DNA of 61,132 nucleotides from Halomonas sp. (GTDB taxonomy: Bacteria; Pseudomonadota; Gammaproteobacteria; Pseudomonadales; Halomonadaceae), in the NCBI RefSeq assembly GCF_041689495.1, contig NZ_JBDNGD010000196.1, positions 1 through 61,132 of the forward strand. Direction: 5' to 3'. Positions 39,852 through 50,319 of this stretch are shown piece after piece (position 1 is the first letter of the stretch; each line of letters starts with the position of its first letter). Position numbers and translations under genes: made by a program. The notes beneath the pieces are model-generated. The model did no database searches, was not told where the DNA came from, and was given only the letters and a program-made list of their open reading frames with translations.

Positions 39852-40710
39852 CGTCGTCGGCCTCATCGGAGAACTGCTCGGGGTCGTACTCCGTGTCTCC
39901 AGACAGGGCCTCCTGCACCATCTCGCCGACCGCATCGTGAACGTTTGCTTGTGACTCCAGCGCGTCCATCTCACCGCGAGACTTCGGCGTGAGGTTCAGT
40001 TCCTTCATCTGGTCCCGCAAGTCCTTGCGGAGCAGGCGAAGGTCTTCGGTGAGGGTGGATGGAACGGGGAACTCGCCCACGACAACACCATCGTCGTCGT
40101 GAACTTCACGGTACTCAATCTCAGAGCTACCGGCGTTGCCCTCAGCTTCGTTCTCCTCCTTCACGTGCTCGAAGTACTCCTCCGAGCGAAGTGAGCGAAC
40201 CCGGTCGTAGGCGAACTGCTCAAGCAGGTCGTAGCGGGCGGGGTCTTCCTCCTTCTCAGGCCATCCGTAGATGTCCGCCCACGACATCACGTAGTTGAAC
40301 ATCTGTGCGTCGGCTTCGGAGAAATCCTCGGCCAGCCGCCAATCTTCTGCGTACATTCCGTGTGTAATCCTCGCTAATCCGGGTTCGAGCAGGTTTTCGG
40401 GTCTTCCTTCAGAGTGTAATCCTCTGTCGCGGAAGTGATAGCGGCACGTCGGCGTGTAGACGCGCTCGTCGTAGGCGTCGTACTCGTCGTCGTACTTCTC
40501 CGCCCACTCCTCTGGCGTGTACTTCGAGACACGCTGCGTGCAGTAACGCTGCGGGCCGTCGTAGTCATCGGGTTGCTTCCCGATTTTGTCCAAACAGAAC
40601 ATCGTCTCGAACTCGATGCCGTGACGAGAGTGCGTTTTACCGCCTTCGTGCTGTTCGCGTAGCTCGGGGATTTCCTCGGCGGTTATACCCGTGAGTTCTG
40701 TGGACGACAT
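39841..40710 (-). CDS. Putative terminase small subunit
   Basis: First gene of the virion operon; CRYH...THGMYA and LNLTPKSR motifs. Confidence 0.6.
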   Translation of the reverse strand: MSSTELTGITAEEIPELREQHEGGKTHSRHGIEFETMFCLDKIGKQPDDYDGPQRYCTQRVSKYTPEEWAEKYDDEYDAYDERVYTPTCRYHFRDRGLHSEGRPENLLEPGLARITHGMYAEDWRLAEDFSEADAQMFNYVMSWADIYGWPEKEEDPARYDLLEQFAYDRVRSLRSEEYFEHVKEENEAEGNAGSSEIEYREVHDDDGVVVGEFPVPSTLTEDLRLLRKDLRDQMKELNLTPKSRGEMDALESQANVHDAVGEMVQEALSGDTEYDPEQFSDEADDDAT

Positions 40711-40889
40711 TAGTGTTGTAGTTACGCGTCAGTACAGACGCGTGCCGTAATCCGATGAGGCCGCCGCCCCAACGCGCCGTGGGTGCACTGACTGCGCGCT
40801 ACCACTACGCGTTGGAGACTACCGTGTAGGAATCATACTGCTCGTGTGTTACCACCCTCGGTTACTACCTCGGGGGAGTCGGTGTACTC

Positions 40890-40918
40890 CTATGAAAGGT
40901 AGCGGGTATATATAGGGA
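40890..40918 (-). promoter_or_regulatory. Putative late promoter for the terminase/virion operon
   Basis: Near-identical to 22565-22593; contains TATATATA. Confidence 0.65.
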
Positions 40919-41679
40919 TGGGGGGTATTCATATACTCAACCCCGTATCGGCGAAATTCAGGGGGTGAAATCGGGCGCTTCAGGTCGAAAATGCGCCGAT
41001 TTGCCCTCGATTTTCCTCTCGCGCGCGCTCACCGGCAAAATTGCTCGAAAAATCACTCACAGAAATTTTCGGACTTCATTTAGCGCGCATACCGGGGGGT
41101 TTTTGCCCTGAAGTCGTGTATTTCGGGTGTTCACCCCGGTTTCACCAAAAAGGCCGAAAATCAGGCGATTTCGGGGTTCACGTCGCGGTGCAACTTACTA
41201 ACTAACACTGCGCGCGCCCGCCCGCCCGTGTGCCAACCCGCGCGGCATGCGCATAATGCGCGCGGTAGGCGCGCCTTGGCAGCAGGGGGGACCCCCCACC
41301 CTCTGCCCCCCGAAATCGGGGGTTTCAGGGCTTGGTGAAGTCGCCCGGTATGGACATGCCAATATCGGGTTTCGCATGAAGTGGTGAAGTTCGGGGGGAA
41401 TCTTGCCTCTCTGGCCCTTCTCTGGGGCATTTCGCTCTCTCTGGCTGGCCCGCAGTGAAATCGCGATTCTCCACTCTCAAGCCTCAACTCTGGAGAATAC
41501 ACCCGATGAGGCTGCCGCCAGCCTCGCTCCGCTCTCGCGCTACGCCTGTGCGTTTCGCGCGCAAGCCGTGCCCGTGCGCGGTGACTTATGCGACCCTCGC
41601 TACGTGGTCGCCCCGCCGCCGTCTTGCGATTTCAACCATCGACAGATATAAGTCAAAGCGGTGCATCTCTTGAATCGCA

Positions 41680-42144
41680 ATGTCAAACGACATGGCAGCC
41701 GACGACGTGGCACAGGCCGTTAACCAAATCGCAGAATCGCTCGGTGTCTCCCCTTCGCACGTGCGAATTAATGTCGAGCACCCAGTTTTCGGTTCGCACG
41801 AAATTACGCACGAAGGCGTGGCCGAAAAAGGCGCGAAGCCTAAGAAGACTGAAGAGCAAAAAGCCTCGCTCGCGAAGGCAGGCACGAGCGAAAAATCGCA
41901 CGAGGGAAGCTGGTTCGACTTGACCGACGAAGAGCGGGCGAATCTGCGCGAAATGGCAGACGACGAGACGGTGAACAAAATTTGCGAGGGCACGAAAGAG
42001 CACAGGCACGCGAAAGGGCGCTGCCCCGCGAAAAAAGCGAACGGGGAACGCTGCGATTACGGCCGTCAGGGCTTCAACACGACGTTTTGTGTGAAACACG
42101 AGAAGGCCGGAAAGCGCGAAATCCACCCCGACGCGCTTAATTAA
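41680..42144 (+). CDS. Early protein with C-terminal CxxxxxxGxxC...CxxH zinc finger
   Basis: ATATAAGTCA TATA box about 30 nt upstream; RCPAKKANGERC...FCVKH. Confidence 0.65.
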   Translation: MSNDMAADDVAQAVNQIAESLGVSPSHVRINVEHPVFGSHEITHEGVAEKGAKPKKTEEQKASLAKAGTSEKSHEGSWFDLTDEERANLREMADDETVNKICEGTKEHRHAKGRCPAKKANGERCDYGRQGFNTTFCVKHEKAGKREIHPDALN

Positions 42145-42774
42145 GCGCGAAAGCGCGAAAGCGGGCGGGCGGCCTTTTTTGCGAGCCTCGCATAGCGCGC
42201 GCCTTCGCGCGCCATAGCGCGCGCTAAGGGACTTCGCGCGTCGATTGGCGTGCTTCAGCCCCGCCAATCGGGAAATCGCGCGAATCGGGGGCCGTAAGGC
42301 CCCGTAAGGGGCAAATGGCTCGGGGGAAGGCCCCGCGAAAGGCCCCGCGAAGGCTTCGCGTTTCGACGCTTGAAACGGCTTTCGCGGCAGGAATCCGATG
42401 AGGCAGCCGCCGCCGATTCGCTCCATTTCGCTCTCGCGCGAAGGGGGCCAGAAAGGTCGATACCACCCAGTGATACCACCGAGTCAACGGGGTATCTCAA
42501 AACCGCTGAGACTGCCGAAATCGGACGGTAGGAGCCTGCTACCCTCAGAATCCACTTTTCGTCGGATTTCCCTGATTTGAGGATTCCGACAGTAGGAGGC
42601 TGGAGACTGTCGTTTTCAGCTTCTCATCACTCTCAAACTGCTGATTTATACTCCGGTGATACCACTCTGTCAAAACCATGCTACCACACCACATGATTCC
42701 GTCGAAAACCGCAAGAGGGCGGCGACTTTCGGACCATCGGTAGCTTTATTATCCCCCGGTGGGTCTGTTGATAC

Positions 42775-43895
42775 GTCGCTCCCGCGGGCAGCCGGCACGC
42801 TGCCTGACTCGGCTTGGTCCGGCGGGACATCGACATCACCGCACACACGCATTACGCGAAAGGCCCTCTGGGTCGCTGCGGTGAGGTACGCTACGAACGC
42901 TCGCATTAAACGAGCGCAAATGGTAGCCCCCTCGGTTCCGATAAGGGCTTCGCGCGAAGATTAACCGCGCGAAGGCAGTCTCGGGTAAGGGGGGCCAAAG
43001 TGGGTCGCTTGGCGGAACACCAAGCGTCGAATACCTAAATGCGCGAAAGACTTAAAGTGTCTCGCGTTAATTCGCCCCAAAACCCTGTGTATCTTAAGCA
43101 CGCCCCGTCGCGGCCTTCGGGCTATCCCGAAGCGCGAACCCCTTATGGGGAACGCGCGAATGTGGAAGCAGGAGCGCTCCCCCAGCGAAAATCGTGAACC
43201 CTCTTAATGAGGCAGTAGCCGGTCTGGATTCGGAGATAAATTCGCTCCCTAATGGGAGACTATCGGCCCCACCAACGAACGTACTTGAAACCCGCAAAGG
43301 GAGGAGAGGCAGTAATTGGCTGGGTAGCAACCGAGGCAGGCGAGGAACACGCGAAGTTTGACCGCGAAGTGTGTTCTGATGAAGCTACGAAGGCTCGCGT
43401 TCTTGGCGGCCCTCATCGGGTCGAAAAGCAAAGAACGCGTTAACCGACCGACGTGAATCCTGCGCCCCTTACGGGGCAGTGGGGCAAAGGTCACGAGATG
43501 TTACCCAGAGCGAAAGCACTCATTAAGAGTGCGGCCAACCGCCGCGGAAATTGACGCGTCGAAGCCGCTACAATGGCTCCGAGAGGAGAGTCCAGTAATG
43601 ACGGTGGAGCGAGCAACACAGCGTTAAGAAGGCCGGAGGAGTCCTGCTTAAAAGCAGTTAGCCCCGGAGCCAGTTGCGCTTTCAAACGGCGAAACGGCCC
43701 AAACGGCGCGAGAATTATGCGCCAAACCGACCCGGAGAGTCTTCACGACCCACTTAAGATGGCGTGAAGGAGGCAGGGAGTCCGGAGGGCTTACGGCGAT
43801 GATGCTCTGCAACCGACAGGCGATTAACGCCGCCGGTTAGGGAGCGAGGGAAGCCCCTCGTTCCCCCGGCAACGGTTTGCGCTCCCGTTAAAGAG
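42775..43895 (+). ncRNA. Candidate large structured non-coding RNA (boundaries approximate)
   Basis: No halophile-like ORF; TTTATTAT box at 42745; dense series of hairpins. Confidence 0.45.
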
Positions 43896-43907
43896 TGCAA
43901 AGAGACT

Positions 43908-44012
43908 ATGGGATACGACAACCGAATGACACGAAAGGAAGCGAAAGAGGTACAGGAAGCGCTCGAACTGCACGAAGCAGGCGAAACGGTCCCCCACCAC
44001 AGCGAGGCTTAA
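43908..44012 (+). CDS. Small hypothetical protein (34 aa)
   Basis: Read by hand: MGYDNRMTRKEAKEVQEALELHEAG... Confidence 0.4.
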   Translation: MGYDNRMTRKEAKEVQEALELHEAGETVPHHSEA

Positions 44013-44017
44013 ACCCC

Positions 44018-45067
44018 ATGACGACCCGATACAACAAAGATTACAGCGGCGACAACGATAGCGCGGCAAACGACTTCTTTGCGAGCGAAAACGACAACGA
44101 AACCATGAGCCAGACAGCATCCACCGACGACAGCAGCAACGTGCGAAGCATCGTTGCGAACGAAACGAGCGACTTCTACATCGGCATCGGTCACCTGAAG
44201 GCGGTTGCTTCGGCCTTCCTGAAGGCGCACCCGGCAATGGACACGAACTGGAGCGGCCTTTCAGAGCGAGAGATGTCCCCCCAGCTTCGCTACGTGAAGG
44301 CCCTTCACGAAGTGAAGGGTGACCTCGGCCAGCGACAGCGAGAGGCAGAGGGCAACGTCGCCATCGGCTTCGGGAGCGAAGATTGGTACGCGGGAGCCTT
44401 TGGCTCCGAGCTTCCCACCATCGAGACGGAGGCCATCGACGGCGGCATTCTCTCGACCCTCGAAGCGCAGGAAGGGAAGGCAACCGACGACGACGGCGAC
44501 GAGACGTGGCCCGAAGGCTCTACGGCAGAGCTTGGCAACGGCCTGCCCGTTCTCCTGCCCGTTCTCGGCGGCGAAGTGATGCCGTGCTTCGTTAGCAGCG
44601 AAGCGCAGCTTGGGGCTGCTCTGGAGCAGCTTGAAGAGCTTCCCGAAGAGTCGGGCGTTGCCCCGGTCGAAGAGGAAGAGAGCGAAGCACCCGCCGAAGG
44701 CGCGGAAACGGCGAACGCATTCTTCGGCGAAGAGGAGGAGAGCGTAGAGCTTGGCCCCGAAGCCGGCATTACGGAGCTTACGGTCGGCGAAGTTCGCGAC
44801 ATGGTGACCGAGATTCACACGGTCGAAGAGGCTGAAGCCTACATCACCGCCGAGCAGCAGAACGAGAGCTACGAAGGCGGGCGAAAGCAGGCGCTAAAGG
44901 CGCTGCGAAGCCGCCGCAACAAGCTCGCGAAGAACGAGGGTTCGCAGGAAAGCGAAGAGGCTGAAGCAGCCCCAGAGAGCGGCGAGGAGAAGGCGGCGCT
45001 GGTTAACCGCCTCATCGACGGCGGCATGGACGCAGGCGAAGCCATCGAACAGGTTCGCAACCTCTAA
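44018..45067 (+). CDS. Acidic early protein with C-terminal HeH/Rho-N-like helical motif
   Basis: ELTVGEVRDMV...E...GRKQALKAL. Confidence 0.7.
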   Translation: MTTRYNKDYSGDNDSAANDFFASENDNETMSQTASTDDSSNVRSIVANETSDFYIGIGHLKAVASAFLKAHPAMDTNWSGLSEREMSPQLRYVKALHEVKGDLGQRQREAEGNVAIGFGSEDWYAGAFGSELPTIETEAIDGGILSTLEAQEGKATDDDGDETWPEGSTAELGNGLPVLLPVLGGEVMPCFVSSEAQLGAALEQLEELPEESGVAPVEEEESEAPAEGAETANAFFGEEEESVELGPEAGITELTVGEVRDMVTEIHTVEEAEAYITAEQQNESYEGGRKQALKALRSRRNKLAKNEGSQESEEAEAAPESGEEKAALVNRLIDGGMDAGEAIEQVRNL

Positions 45068-45171
45068 GCTGCGAACCACGGTTCCCGCTTTCGTAGGCTA
45101 ACGGCCTCATCGGTTCATGACCGGCGAAAGCAATGCGGTGGCGACCGCCCGGCATAAATACGCATGAAACC

Positions 45172-45297
45172 ATGAGTGATTTTAAGGCCCAAGTGCAGGA
45201 CGTACTGAAGCAGGTCGAAGACAAGAAGCGCGAAGAGCGGCGCGAAAGCACGAAGTACGGCGCGAAGATAGAGAGCGAGGGCAACGACGGGAAGTGA
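45172..45297 (+). CDS. Small charged protein (41 aa)
   Basis: Read by hand: MSDFKAQVQDVLKQVEDKKREE... Confidence 0.4.
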   Translation: MSDFKAQVQDVLKQVEDKKREERRESTKYGAKIESEGNDGK

Positions 45298-45457
45298 ACC
45301 GCCGCACCTCGCAGAGCGACACGCACGAAGTGACGAGGCAGGTATCGGACGAGGAAAAACAGCTGTGGAAAGAAGTACGAGAGCGAGACAGAGCAACCGA
45401 CTACGAGATGCAATGCGCGGAAATTGAGAGCAAAGACATTTCAGGGACTTCGTGGCG

Positions 45458-45751
45458 ATGAGCGAAGAAAACGACTGGAACCACCGTTCGCAGTTCAAAG
45501 ACGTAACCGACCCAGGACTTCGCGCTGTAACCGCGAATTACAATGCCCGAAGATACGGTAAGGTAGAGCAGTACCACCCTACGAGGGACAACCACAGCAC
45601 TAAGGACGAGTCGGAACCCGATGAGGCTGCCCGCCGTACCGACTGGGAAGACGGGTTCGAACCACGGCATCTAAGCAGTGGGAAGTACACTGATGGAGCG
45701 AAGGACACTCGGAGTAACCGAGAGCGACTGAAGGCCGGCGAAACGGTCTGA
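45458..45751 (+). CDS. Hypothetical protein
   Basis: ORF in the early region. Confidence 0.4.
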   Translation: MSEENDWNHRSQFKDVTDPGLRAVTANYNARRYGKVEQYHPTRDNHSTKDESEPDEAARRTDWEDGFEPRHLSSGKYTDGAKDTRSNRERLKAGETV

Positions 45752-45832
45752 AACACGAAGCGAACACTGGGCAATGACGGCAGGCTACCCTTCAGTCTGC
45801 TACGTTCAGCCCCCTTTGAAGGGACACAACCA

Positions 45833-46102
45833 ATGACGAACGAAAACAACGAAGAGAGCAAAGTACAGAGCATCATGAACCCAACGAAGCAGCAAGAAAT
45901 CGGCCTCTTAGCGGGACTGCTGGATGGCACGTTCGTGTGCGTAAGATGGCGCGGTTTCATGGTGAACCGAACGGAGTTAGACAGCATCGAAGTGAGCCGC
46001 GAGGGAGTTCCACTTGGCGGGCGAATGAAGTCTCCGGACTTCATGAGCCTGCTTACATGGCTTGAGAACAAAGAGGCGCTGTACGGAGGTGCAGCCCAAT
46101 GA
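45833..46102 (+). CDS. Hypothetical protein
   Basis: GGGACACAACCA leader before the ATG. Confidence 0.5.
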   Translation: MTNENNEESKVQSIMNPTKQQEIGLLAGLLDGTFVCVRWRGFMVNRTELDSIEVSREGVPLGGRMKSPDFMSLLTWLENKEALYGGAAQ

Positions 46103-46299
46103 GCGCAGCAATGCAGCGCGGCGATGAAGTGCTTGCGCAAATCCCGTGGGAAGGCGTCGTTCTCGGTGAACTCGTAGACCACGGCCCCCGCTGCACCATC
46201 GTTACCGATGGCGGCGAGCAGTTCGAAGTCGATGAATCGAACGTGTGGAAAAACGGCGACGGCTACATGCTGACCGACCTTCCCCCGGAGGAACTATGA
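46099..46299 (+). CDS. Small SH3-like hypothetical protein
   Basis: GGAGGT SD sequence and ATGA overlap. Confidence 0.5.
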   Translation: MSAAMQRGDEVLAQIPWEGVVLGELVDHGPRCTIVTDGGEQFEVDESNVWKNGDGYMLTDLPPEEL

Positions 46300-46436
46300 G
46301 CGATATTCCAGAGCACCCGTTTCACAGCTACAAAAACGACACCTACCAGTGGAAGTTGCGGCGCGAAGCGGGCGGCCTCCCCGAGTGGCTGGGCTCCGAG
46401 GTAGTCCGGAGTGAACTAAGCAGTGCGAAATAGAGA

Positions 46437-46832
46437 ATGTACGACCACCCGAAAGACTTCGCACATGAACTTGCTATTCAGCAGATTCTCGCGAAAGAGT
46501 ACGGCGTGAAGAACCGCGAAGACCGCATCGAACTGTGGGACCACATCATCAAGTTCACGTACTACGAGCAGTATTTCGCCTACGAAATCCAGGATTCGAA
46601 GGGCGACTCAGAAGCACGAAAGCAAGATAGCTATGCCGAGCAAGCATGGCGAAAAAGCGGCGCGTCGTTCCACAATCGAGTGCTCAAACAGCTTCGCCGG
46701 AGCGAACGCGCTGAGATTGACGGCGGCGACTACTGGCTTCACGTGGTCAAATCCGAGACGACACCAATGAAGCGATACAACACGGAACTCGAACCGATGG
46801 ACGACGTAGAAGAGTTCGTCCTGACCTACTAA
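46437..46832 (+). CDS. Hypothetical protein
   Basis: Coupled ORF. Confidence 0.55.
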   Translation: MYDHPKDFAHELAIQQILAKEYGVKNREDRIELWDHIIKFTYYEQYFAYEIQDSKGDSEARKQDSYAEQAWRKSGASFHNRVLKQLRRSERAEIDGGDYWLHVVKSETTPMKRYNTELEPMDDVEEFVLTY

Positions 46833-47095
46833 TGATTCAACCAAACGACATTCCCGACGGCTGGCACGAACTGAACACGGAGTTCACGCAACAGAAGCAA
46901 GCATTTCAACGACCGCGAGATGGCCTCATTGTGTCCATCGAGTTCGGAACAGGCCACCAAACCGATTACAGTGCGGTAACGCTGCCCGAAAATTTCGTGG
47001 ATGACCATCGGGTTATCGACGTGATTCACGACAGCAACGACCGAACTGAAGTCGAAGAGCAAGCGTTGGTATTCATGGAGGAAAACGAGCGATGA
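46832..47095 (+). CDS. Hypothetical protein
   Basis: TAATG overlap; acidic. Confidence 0.55.
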   Translation: MIQPNDIPDGWHELNTEFTQQKQAFQRPRDGLIVSIEFGTGHQTDYSAVTLPENFVDDHRVIDVIHDSNDRTEVEEQALVFMEENER

Positions 47096-47415
47096 CGAGA
47101 GCAAAGGGCAAAGACGACTTCACGGCAAAGTGGAACGACCATCTTGAGCAGTTCAGAAAACTGCGACACACCCTCCCAGCCGACCAATGGGATGAACTCG
47201 AAGAAAACATGAGTGAGATGAGCGACCTCATCGATTCTGCGGCTGAGGAGCTATACGGTGAGTGAACAAAGATGGGAATCGGTGGGTATCTTCGATGGAT
47301 ACAACGGAAACGGTCGCCATGTGCTTCAGCAGAAGGTGGAAATACGGCACAACACCGTCGTTCCATTGGACGAGCATCGCGTAATGCCCATAAGAGCGCT
47401 CGAATGAGCACGACA

Positions 47416-47454
47416 AACCGACTGGTGTAACCGGGGTTCGATTCCCCGGCGGTT
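47416..47454 (+). ncRNA. tRNA-half-like element (acceptor stem + T-arm)
   Basis: AACCG-ACTGGTGTAA-CCGGGG TTCGATT CCCCGG-CGGTT. Confidence 0.6.
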
Positions 47455-47483
47455 CTTTCCCGCTATAATAGCGGGACACACCT

Positions 47484-50318
47484 ATGGATTCAGAGACAAA
47501 AGAAATGCAGAAGAAGGAGAGTAATGATGCAGAAGTGCACACCTACCAGAACAACGACATCGTAAGCGCCGCTTCGGGCGAAACAGACACGAAGGACTTC
47601 ACGGTAGTCGATGAAACGCACCCTGTCGCACAAGCGACTGGCTCCACCGATGCGAGAAAGCGCCAAGTGGACAACGACTGGCTGAACGAAATCCTCGCCG
47701 AACAGATTTACGATGAGGATTCAGCATTCGCACGGGAGTTCTTGCAGAACTCCGAAACGGCGTGCATTCGCAAAGCTCGGCTGCTGCTCTCACAGCACCC
47801 CGAGTACGGTTCGCAGTTCCTTAACCGAACGGTGTGGTACGACGCAGAGAACGACGAGACCATCACCGAAGTCAACAACACGCCAGACCGCCAGCGAATC
47901 CTCGCGGAGTACGACATCGCCGATGATGACCTCACGAAGATAACGCTCCCGCGAAAGATTGAAACGGTCATCGATGCAGCCCGCGACATTGGCTATGACC
48001 CAACCATCGAGGTGGACGTGTACCACGATGAGCGAGAAATCGTGTGGGAAGACAACGGCATCGGCATGACGTTCAAAGAACTCGATGAAGCGTACAACTT
48101 CACGGGTCGCTCCGGCTCTGGTATCGAGGGCGATACCGGCGGCAAGTGGGGGATGGGGGCACTCACCTTCGTCCCTCTCGCCGGGAAAAAGGGCGACATG
48201 GACTTGACGACAAAGACGTGCCGCCCTGATGCAGAGGATTACGACTACGAAGGCATTCGAGTCTGCGCCTATCTCGGTGGCTTCAACCCGCTTCCCGGCG
48301 ACGTTTCCGACGACTTTCAGGGAACGCGCTTCGAGATTCCGGTGCTTACACCGGAGAAGGGCGGCGTCAGTATGAGCGACCTTCACGGCTGGGTGAAAAA
48401 GTATGCGGCAAAACTGAAGGTGCCGGTCGCTTACACCGAGCACGAAAACGGAACCAAAATCCGCGAGGAAGAGTACGGCGGCGTGAAGTTCATCGACTCG
48501 TTCGGTGAACCACCAGTTGCCATCGACCGTCCCGGCGAGTTCACGGCAGTCACCGGACCAGACGTGAAGGTTGGGCGGCTCTCGTACAACGATACCCGAG
48601 ATGACACATGGCTGGTGTCAATGCCTATCAGCCGAAACACAAAAGCGAGCGTGAATAGTTTCTGGAACGTTGCCATCCAGATTCACGACGAACAGGGTCG
48701 CATTATCTCGGGACCAAACCGCGGGAAGTACCGCACTCCGGTTGAGCAAAACGGTGGCCTTCACGAAGACGACATCGTACTTCCAGAGCCAACGGCAGAC
48801 CGCGACAGGCTTCAGAAGGACGACGAACAGGAAGCGTTCTTCGAGTACGTCTCGCAGGAAGTGAAGTCTGCTGAACTCGCCCTCGTCACCGAGTTTACGA
48901 ACGAAATAACTGCGGTTGACCACCCAGCAGAAGCCATTCGCAACAACCCGGACGATTGGAAGGTCTTCGTTCGAATGGTGAACTTCACGGACTTCGTAAA
49001 CGACAGAGACGAGTTCGCAGATTGGGACGACGAAACCGCAGAGCGCGTTTACGAGATGTTCGATGAAGTGAGCTACGCGAGTCGGGTATGCCACAACCCG
49101 CGAAACAAAGGTTCCCGTGAAAATAAGCGCCTCGGGGACATTCTGGCTGACATCCCACGTGAAAACGTCTACGTTGGCTGCACCATCAACGAAGACCGCG
49201 CAAAAGTCGTCTTCAACACGCACGATACCGCAGGCATTATCGCTGCGAAGAAGACCAGCGAGTATGGTCCGTACCAAGAGAACTTCGGCTTCAAGCTGCT
49301 CAACGACGTGCCGATGAAGCAGAGCGACGACCACGACTTCGACGTACCGGAGCACATTCACAATGCGCACAAACGGGACGTGTCGCCATCCGATGAGGCC
49401 GGCGACGAAGTGGTTGATGCTATCGGTGACCGGAAGCTCTCGCTGCGGTTGAACAACCGCAACACCACCATCGATAGGAAGGTAACGGTCGATGAGACGC
49501 TTGAAAAGCTCGATGAAGGCAGGCTCAACGGGAAAAGCACGCTGGTTGTGTTCCCCCGCGGCGGAGAACACAACGTAAGCGACAACTACGGGCTTCAGCG
49601 GTGGGCCGCAATCACGTCGGTCACTTCACAGGAGTACGAGGTGATGAAGGACAACCCACGAGTGATGACCAAAGACGAGTTCATCTCGCGGGCTGAAAAC
49701 ACAGTCATCGCCACCGAAGAGGGCGGCATGAAGGTGAAAGACCTCATCGAGATGGACGACAGGCACGTCATCATCGCTTACGCCACCAAGAAGGAACACA
49801 AGTTGCTCTTGAGCGAGGAGAACGATTCACTTCGTGCACTGCTCGCCGAAGACATGAACGAGCAGCCTTACTGGAACACGGACGATGATGGCAACTCGCT
49901 TCGCACCGAGCCGTTGTTCTGTGTGGCAGATGCGAAGACGCTGGAGCAGGCCGCGTATGCGTTCGCTCAGGATTACCCACGAAGGAGCGACATCATCGGG
50001 CTGAAGTTCAGGTACCACGCTCGAATGGAGTGGGTTGACCACATCGATTGGGAATCGCTCGATGGCGACATGGACGAGTATAAGTTGAAGGCGGATACTC
50101 CGAAATGGGACAACGACAGTGAAGTCTACGGGTTGTTCAACCGCAATCGAGCAGACGACTTCACCGGCAGCGTCCTAATGGGGATGCACGACATCGGGCT
50201 TGACCCGATGCAACTGGACAACACATCCATCCGCAACCTCGTTGCGACGATGGATGACCGGACGTGGAACGAGGATTCAGAATGGCCTATGAACCACATC
50301 AAAACAGGAGACAAGTAA
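47484..50318 (+). CDS. GHKL (Hsp90/rIIA-like) ATPase domain protein
   Basis: IY...AFAREFLQNS, WEDNGIGMT, GKWGMG and GTRFEIP motifs. Confidence 0.85.
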   Translation: MDSETKEMQKKESNDAEVHTYQNNDIVSAASGETDTKDFTVVDETHPVAQATGSTDARKRQVDNDWLNEILAEQIYDEDSAFAREFLQNSETACIRKARLLLSQHPEYGSQFLNRTVWYDAENDETITEVNNTPDRQRILAEYDIADDDLTKITLPRKIETVIDAARDIGYDPTIEVDVYHDEREIVWEDNGIGMTFKELDEAYNFTGRSGSGIEGDTGGKWGMGALTFVPLAGKKGDMDLTTKTCRPDAEDYDYEGIRVCAYLGGFNPLPGDVSDDFQGTRFEIPVLTPEKGGVSMSDLHGWVKKYAAKLKVPVAYTEHENGTKIREEEYGGVKFIDSFGEPPVAIDRPGEFTAVTGPDVKVGRLSYNDTRDDTWLVSMPISRNTKASVNSFWNVAIQIHDEQGRIISGPNRGKYRTPVEQNGGLHEDDIVLPEPTADRDRLQKDDEQEAFFEYVSQEVKSAELALVTEFTNEITAVDHPAEAIRNNPDDWKVFVRMVNFTDFVNDRDEFADWDDETAERVYEMFDEVSYASRVCHNPRNKGSRENKRLGDILADIPRENVYVGCTINEDRAKVVFNTHDTAGIIAAKKTSEYGPYQENFGFKLLNDVPMKQSDDHDFDVPEHIHNAHKRDVSPSDEAGDEVVDAIGDRKLSLRLNNRNTTIDRKVTVDETLEKLDEGRLNGKSTLVVFPRGGEHNVSDNYGLQRWAAITSVTSQEYEVMKDNPRVMTKDEFISRAENTVIATEEGGMKVKDLIEMDDRHVIIAYATKKEHKLLLSEENDSLRALLAEDMNEQPYWNTDDDGNSLRTEPLFCVADAKTLEQAAYAFAQDYPRRSDIIGLKFRYHARMEWVDHIDWESLDGDMDEYKLKADTPKWDNDSEVYGLFNRNRADDFTGSVLMGMHDIGLDPMQLDNTSIRNLVATMDDRTWNEDSEWPMNHIKTGDK

Positions 50319-50319
50319 G

